A DNA stretch of 64,000 nt from Cladosporium halotolerans (taxonomy: Eukaryota). This document shows, piece after piece, positions 57,208 to 64,000 of the stretch; position 1 is the stretch's first letter; each line of letters begins with the position of its first letter. The notes under the pieces were generated by a model. It was not told where the DNA came from. It saw only the letters and a list, made by a program, of their open reading frames with translations, and made no database searches. Position numbers and translations under genes: made by a program. The DNA lies in assembly GCF_011745625.1 (NCBI RefSeq), contig NW_027191463.1, positions 496,001 to 560,000 on the forward strand, in the 5' to 3' direction.

Positions 57208-60200
57208 GGCTGCCGTGCTGCGCGTAGGCGCGTATGCAAAGGACCTCGCTCCTTGAAGATGAGGGATCGAGATTCGCAGGTGGGTATGCCGCTTAAGAGC
57301 CGGACATTACTCGACCGCCGTCTCGCGAAAGTCGTCTTGGGTGCTGTTTCGCTTGGACCACGCGTAACCCGATGCAGGTCGTATGCGGCTGAGATAAGGG
57401 CAGCAAGCTATCGACCGCGGAAACCGGTAATGTGGCTAGTTTTAGCATCCGCAGTGTCCCTCGTCCCAAGTTGAAAGAGCTACAGTTGGGAAACAAGACT
57501 AGTAAGGGCCCCGGGCTGACTATGGATGGGGCAAATGGAGGCAATCGTTTTAACGAACAGAACCAATGGCGTGCATGTGCGGCCATCTGTACCGTCTCCG
57601 AGCTAACAAAACGGTGGAGCGGGGTGGGAGGGTGCATGTGTGGTCCGAAGGGCCCTGCAGGGAGTTAACGGCGTCACCTCTGGCACCAACATCGCTCATG
57701 GTCCCTGCAAACTAGCACCCCTGCCGTGCCCTGGGTGTTCTCTGCAGCTCCGGCGGACCCTTTGATCGAGCCGCAACGTGTCCTGAGCCGGCATGGCTGC
57801 TAGAACACCTGGCTGGTGGAAAGCTTGCGCAATCTTCTGTGAATAATAGGCTCATGCTCCTCGAGCTTGGGGGACACCCTTCGCGTGAAAGACAGTTCGG
57901 CAAGACACACAGATTGTCAGCTCGGACCCCACTCCGTGGCGTTCGCCGAGCCCGCGATGTAGGGTTTACACATCGCCTCGTATGCTACGAATCCTCACGG
58001 CTGCTCGGTCTTGTTGATCAATTGTTCCAGTCTCGTCCGTGATGAGGGGCACGGCATGTGGCACTACATGGCGTATCATAGCGGGTGAGCGCCTGCAATC
58101 ATAACGACGCTCATGGAGCCGGCTCCGGTGGAAATGCGGTGCCCAGGCTGCAAGGCCCGCTGCCCCCCAGTACTTCGGATGTGACAACCTGGTAGCTTCT
58201 GTAGCTCCACCCTTCCAGCGGCAGACTGATTTTACGTCAGTTCCCTTCCCCGCGCATGTTGATGTGTGGGCAGGATGCACGTGAAATTTCGGATGACGAA
58301 GCCGCAGCTCGAGGCTGCTGCTGCACCTTGCCAGATCAAGTTGGAATGCGGATTGTGCGAGACACCTTGCAGCGGAGGTGATCGGCACTCTGGTCGTGTG
58401 TAACCTGTACGATTACGATGGCTTTTGGTCAATCGAACTCGGTAACGCTGTTCATGCCTTACGCACCCTTTGGAGGAGGCAGTTCGGATAGAGGGTACCG
58501 TGAGACATCCCGAGACACTCCGTGTGTAAACGCTGGGAGATACACTACCGCTCACTTCCGCGCCATGCTGTAGCAAGCGCGGAGATACCGACCGACGCGC
58601 CGGCCACGCTCCCTCGGCAAGCGACGATCTTGGCTGGCGTACATAGGCTCGTCCAGCTCTAGGACCGTATATAGTTAGCCGCATAGGAGCACTTTCTGAG
58701 CATGGATCAACATTAGCCACACAGTTGCTCCCTCGTGCTATAAAACCTGACTCTGAGAAGCTTTTGCCACAGCGGCGACCAATGGAGAAGGCGTGCAGGA
58801 ACGTCCAGCAGAATCGTTTATTCCGTCAAATCATTATTGACGGAGATGGCTATGTTTGACTGAAAGCTCACTCATTTGCGGCTGAATTAACGTGCACCAC
58901 GATCCGTGCGTGCACGACCGGCTGCATGAGTGCTCCGTTCCAGAGGGGCACCGGTCATTCGACACTCTGGCGTGCAACGGAGACCCTGGGGAGATGCAAT
59001 ACGTGATCCGGAGGGCAGAATTATGGTACCACAAAGTAGGGAGTAGCCAGCCGGCGATGGTGTGATGGGAGCGATTGTGGGTAGCTCACGGAATTTGCCT
59101 TTTGACTAGCCGAGTACGCTCCTCGACTGCCATTGACTTGAGGGATCCAATTTGCCATGAGGGCTTGCGGAGCGACTTGCCGACTGTGCACTTTTGCTTC
59201 GGAGCCCCGAATTTTAAACATGCTTGAAGACAACCCATGCGGGAGTCGAATCGTCCGTTCTGGCACTTTCATGGTGGAAAGAAGACCCTCCACACCTTTG
59301 CGTTTACTAGAGGCTGACGAATGCATGCTGTCTACGCGGCATTCGTATAGCAATACGATTCCAGTCCCTCGTCTGGGGAGCAGGCTTGAATCAGGTGTCG
59401 TCGACCACAACCTGAGACCACACGCTCGGGAGACGATGGAAGTCGAAACGCTGCAGCGGCTGACACAGCAACAATACGGCACTCGGTGGAAGGACGGGCT
59501 GCATCAGAGGTTCGGCATTCGTGGAGGCGCACGTAGATACTGAAAGGTTGCGGTCAGCTTACAGCCTGGTGCCAGAGCCAACACCGGCACCTGCAGTGCG
59601 CCCCTAGCACCGCATTGACTTCGACGGGAAGGCGAACGGGTCTTCCATGACCTGAGGGATGAGCGTGCCGTACAGTAGTAGTACAGTAGTGTCAACATGC
59701 TTTCTGCACGCGAGGCCCTGCCCAACCTGCGAGGCGGAGAACCCGGTCTCCCCGCAATTTGCTTGGCGCGCCGGGGTTGATTCCTGGTCCACGGCCGGGC
59801 GCCGCAGCAGCATCCTCGCCCGCATCACCTGTCGCGATCTTTGTCGCATCGAGGGGCTTCTGCCTGGATCGTGCGGGAGGCCCGAATCACAAAATGCAAG
59901 TGCAGAGGGTTCGGGCACCAGAGAGGCCGGCTTTGGGCAGCAAATATGCATGTTACCACCCACGCCACCGACCCCCAACGTTGTGTGCCACTCCACCATG
60001 CAGACCCACGGCACGGTACTTTGGCGCTGTACCGCCGATCTTTTCCTTCTTGGCGGAGCTTACTCCGCGAGGCCGCCTCCCCGACGGCGAGAACCTGCCC
60101 AAATGCCGGAAGACGTGTCCGATCGAGATTGCAGCAGTGTCCTTGCTTCGAACCGCGGAAGAGAGGTATGATTACAGCGTCAACGTTCTAATTGCCCTCA

Positions 60201-60700
60201 GGACGTTCACTGAGGACTTCCAAGGTGATATCGAAGAGGTCTACAGTGATGTACCATAGATACACCTTGGAATTTTGGCATTGGCACTCCGACAGAACTG
60301 TGGAAGGTTGAAGCGACCTCACGCTACGCTAGGGGAGACAGAATGGCGCATTCCCATCGTCCCGTCAAGGTCTAGATTTCACCATCCACCAATGACGACC
60401 CAGATGCACCTGTCCGCCACAGCCCCGCAACAACAGGGGATTTCCCACTGGTCTCGTGTGAGAACGGAGGCCGCTCACGCCCGGGCAGGATCCGATTCTC
60501 ATCTTTACCAGATATGCCGTATGACCGCTCGATACGCCGAGATGGCGAAGAGGAGAACGAAGCCTGTTACCATTGCCATCTGCAAGTGGTCGACACAATG
60601 CCGAACCACGTGTCGATTGCGACCGCTTCTATCGATGCAGGTACATTAGCATCGCTATCCCGTTATCGGAAAGCTCACCAATCAACCTCGTCGGCTAAAA

Positions 60701-61609
60701 TTACTGGTGACTTGGAAGCAAAATAAACCCAACTGCCGGTTGTAGCCTCATGTTCTCGCCCTTCCAATTCTTTCTCGGCGTCTTGCCAGAAACGGTTCGA
60801 GGCCGCATGCTAGACTCAAGGAAACCACATGTCATTGCAGTGGTATTCTCAATGGAAGCATCCACCAACACGTAGGGACTCCTTGCTCGCTTCCCCTTCA
60901 ATTCTGGCATGCCGTCAATGGGTTTGCCTGACTTCGACGACTGCTTGACCTTTTCTCTCCTCTGCCGACGCCTCCGGGCTTTCTCCGTGGCCGCCCTACG
61001 CATTAGCGCGCGCTCGCTGCGCTCGTTTTGACTAGGCGAGCGCTCCAAGATCCGTAGTTGCCGCTTTCGTTGCTGACGAATGCGATATTCGTTGGTGGCG
61101 GCTGGGCGCCTTGTGATTTCGACGCCAGGACAGTTGTTGGCAATGTTTGCCGACAACCATGCAGCTTCTTCGTTTTCGTTCTTGACCCTCGTATCGATAC
61201 GAACAGATTGCTTTGAATTGAGACCTGGCTTGATAGAGAAGGGTCGCTGGCCAATTTGCCCCTTTTCACTTCCATTATCCCTTTCATCAGCAGTGTTTAC
61301 GTTGCTGCCGATAGTTATTTGAACTCGCGTCTCGTCTAGTGAGCGAATTAGTACAGTTCAGGTGATGACCTTCTTCTACACGGCCATGCCAGACGGACCT
61401 GGCGTTTTAGATATCATCTCTATTGGCTTTGACGCTGACTTCTCCCGCTCTTCACCACTGGAGCTTTCGCTCTCGCAGTAGTCAAACGCATACGTTTCGG
61501 AGCGATCTTCTTCAAGTCTGGAAAGCCCGTACACGTCTTCATAGTACTTCGCTCGTGCCAGAGGTTTTTTGGGCCCAGATTCTCCTGTTGGGCTTAGGCG
61601 GGAGAACAT
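60701..61609 (-). CDS. Hypothetical basic/disordered protein, possibly 2 exons
   Basis: ORFs 61376-61702 and 60701-61156 share a frame. A putative intron GTCCGT..TACTAAT..TAG (about 61398-61337) removes the intervening stops. No family recognised. Confidence 0.35.
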
Positions 61610-62016
61610 TTTGATTAGATCGCTGGCAAGCCGGTTATTGCAGTGGTTCTGTTTGTGGCGATAGTTGTTGTGGTGAGTAAAGTTACTGACTTTGATCTTC
61701 ATAGGTCATTACGGGCCAGTGAGGCCCTATCACATGGCAAGAATGCGCTTTCACGTGAGTGAGAGACTAATTTTCACGCCATCAAAGTGAGATTAATCCA
61801 GCAATCTTCAGCCGATTCATCGAAGACCATCTCAATTCATAAGCAAGAGCGCAGCCTCACGTGCAACCATGCTGCCCATTTCTAGCGTCAGTCTAGAGCG
61901 CGACACTGCTATTGCCCTTCAACATAACAATCAAAAAGCGACGAAACTCCTCAAATCAATCGATCCGTGTCCAAAACCCGCCCCCTCTCCTAACCACCAG
62001 TTCACACACGAACCCC

Positions 62017-62381
62017 TCACATCTTCGGCTTTCCACTGGTCTTGCTCGTTCCCCTCGCACCCCTATCATCACCCGTAACCTCCGTATCAGACGTCTCGGC
62101 TTTCAAGCTCACCGGGTCGCCGAGCTGCGAAGGGTTCGACTGTAACTTCGCTTGCGCCCGCTGCTTGAGCGACTTGTCGCTCTGGTCACTTTTGGCGCCT
62201 AGTTCGTCGGGTGTGGGTTTTGTGTCGGAGGTTTCGGCGCGGAGGGAGACGGGGTCGCCGAGTTGGGATGGGTTGCTTTCGTTTTTGGCGCGGGCGAGAG
62301 ATGAGAGGGACTTGTTGTCCTTGGTGCTGTTAGATTTGACGGACTAGGGGTGATGAAGGGGGATTGTACTGAGGGAGCCAT
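62017..62381 (-). CDS. Small hydrophilic protein (104 aa) with a duplicated SNPSQLGDPVSL(R/K)AETSDT repeat; exons 62381-62370, 62319-62017
   Basis: A 50-nt intron GTACAA..CTAAC..AAG gives MAPSDNKSLSSRARAKNESNPSQLGDPVSLRAETSDT...SDKSLKQRAQAKLQSNPSQLGDPVSLKAETSDT...KPKM*. The repeats are conserved in protein but diverged at synonymous positions. Confidence 0.82.
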
Positions 62382-62909
62382 TGCAGAGGATGAACTTCGC
62401 CTAATGCTGACTAAGAGGAAGTAGTCGGTGGACGGGTAATGTTTAACGGGTTTAGATATCGATGGCTAGGGCTGATGGGACGAAGTGAGTTGGATGAAAT
62501 TGGCAAGCTGACGTCCATAAAAGGGAATCAACAAGTACATACAAATTATATGAGGTCCCATCAGACAAGTGAGGTCTACATAACCTCGGTCGGCTATTGG
62601 AATCCCATGCCGCTGGTCGATCAATGTCGTCAACTATGATGATGCCATGAGGACCACTCCAGCGTGGGGGGGAAGGGTCCACCCGCAAGCGTGGAGATCG
62701 ATATCTGAGATCTCGCATGTGACAAGCCCTATATTAGACTATAGGTTATCTGAGACTCTTTCTAGTGAATAGGCTTAAAACTTAGCATGACCTTCGTGAA
62801 AAGCTTGTCGTAAATTGCTTCGGTTTCATGCATTGAATTTGGTCGTACACGTTTCATCCGGTGCATCCTCATGCCTCACCGACTACCCTCTCGCGACAAA
62901 CGAACTTTT

Positions 62910-63954
62910 TTACTTAGCGCCCTCTTCTACGTTCTTCGCGCCATACTTTTTGCCATAATTGAACACCTTCGCGTCCATATCAGGCCCGATAAAAAGCCAA
63001 GCAACAGCCACCACCCAAGACATAAGCGTATCAAGCAGCCAGTTGTTCCTCGCACTACCACCCAGCATACCCGCACGGAGCAACGAGGCAATAAACTGCG
63101 TCGTGACAATAAATCCACCGCTCTCCAGCCCTTTCACGGCCGCCGCCGCAACCTCGTCTTCCGTCTGAGGCGAGTCGTCTTTTTCCAGCAGTTTCGTCAC
63201 GGCGTGCTTCGTCAGGTTCTCGTTCTCGAAGCCAGGTGAGGTTATTGTGCCGGGCATGACAAGGTGGATGCTGATATCGCGGCCCGGCGCTTCGGCGCGC
63301 ACACTGGGGTCTTTGGATCGTCGCGAGCCATTGTAGATGTTCACCTCAGATCGGAGAGTGTCTGCGAGGGATCGCATGGCGGCTTTGGCTGGGCAGTAGG
63401 GCGCGTAGCCTGCTGCGCCGAGGAGGGCCGCGACGGAAGAAGTCATGATGAATTGCCTGGGTCCGGTTGATGCATCCTGGCTGCCGGCGGAGGGTTTTGT
63501 CCAGGCGTTTAGAGTCGTGTGAGCGAGGTAGGCTGCGCCCCAGTAGTTCATGTCCATTTGGCTTCGCAGGACTTCGATCGGGGTGTCTTTGAAAAGGGCC
63601 GGGTGGGCGCCTCCTGCCACTTGCCATACAATGTCCGGAGGCTGGCCGTGATTCCACTTGGTAGCTTCTGCCATGATTCGATCGTTCTCCTCTGGTTTGG
63701 TTACATCTGCCGAGATGGTGTGGAAGCGTTGTTTGGAAGTGTCTTTCGCGCTGGCCTGGATCAAATGTTAGTGGCAAAACGTCTTCTAGCACAGATATAC
63801 CATGCATGGACGAGCCACTTACGCTGATGTATTTCACAGCTTCAGCGAGTCGCTGCTGGTTCCTGGCAACGATGACAATGTTTGCTCCTTTTTTCGCCAG
63901 GATCTTCGCAACGCCACGGCCCATTCCAGTGGAGCCCCCAGTGAGCAGGACAGT
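62910..63954 (-). CDS. TSC10: 3-ketodihydrosphingosine reductase (SDR family); 5' end lies beyond the window
   Basis: TVLLTGGSTGMGRGVA, IVARN, NYWG, GYAPYCPAKAAMRSLADTLRSE and PGTITSPGFENENLTK; intron about 63821-63757. Confidence 0.9.
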
Positions 63955-64000
63955 CTATCGTGAAACCAACAATATTAGAACGTGGATTCGAACCCGACAC

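Noticed and set aside
57300..60650. Many 60-170 aa ORFs upstream of the Zn2Cys6 gene
   Set aside because: No motifs, codon bias or consistent splice model. This is most likely a long regulatory region, although a decayed fragment near 60140-60360 cannot be excluded.
63984..63995. B-box/T-loop-like GGGTTCGAATCC on the minus strand at the window end
   Set aside because: It lies in a TSC10 intron just before the branch site. The flanks do not form a 5-bp T-stem or acceptor stem, and upstream sequence is outside the window.
1..64000. Transposons, Starship captain, secondary-metabolite cluster
   Set aside because: No transposase, reverse transcriptase, tyrosine recombinase, PKS/NRPS or terpene synthase motifs, and no AT-rich RIP blocks, LTRs or TIRs were seen.

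Overview
This is eukaryotic genomic DNA from a filamentous ascomycete, probably a Dothideomycete. That assignment is inferred from short GT-AG introns with CTRAC branch sites, PTH11-like receptors and a Zn2Cys6 factor. I can support about 30 protein-coding genes and one intron-containing tRNA-Gln(CTG). Conserved housekeeping genes include SAHH, an ammonium transporter, TIM54, BCKDH E2, MED19, ERCC1/RAD10, PUF6, eIF3h, verprolin and TSC10 (partial). They are interspersed with accessory-type genes: two amino-acid permeases, two PTH11-like GPCRs, a CorA-like protein, a pfkB kinase-like protein, GT69 and a doubly frameshifted GT17. I saw no transposon, CRISPR array or rRNA, and no clear-cut new multi-gene system. 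The best leads are: a spliced 89-aa secreted six-cysteine peptide gene missing from the ORF track (33423-33800); a head-to-head GT69/GT17-pseudogene pair in a tRNA-adjacent accessory block; a C2H2 factor with a metallothionein-like Cys/His-rich N-terminus; and a GC-AG intron. Also notable are a lineage-specific insertion in SAHH and two further small spliced genes. All family calls come from motif recognition by eye; no database searches were run.
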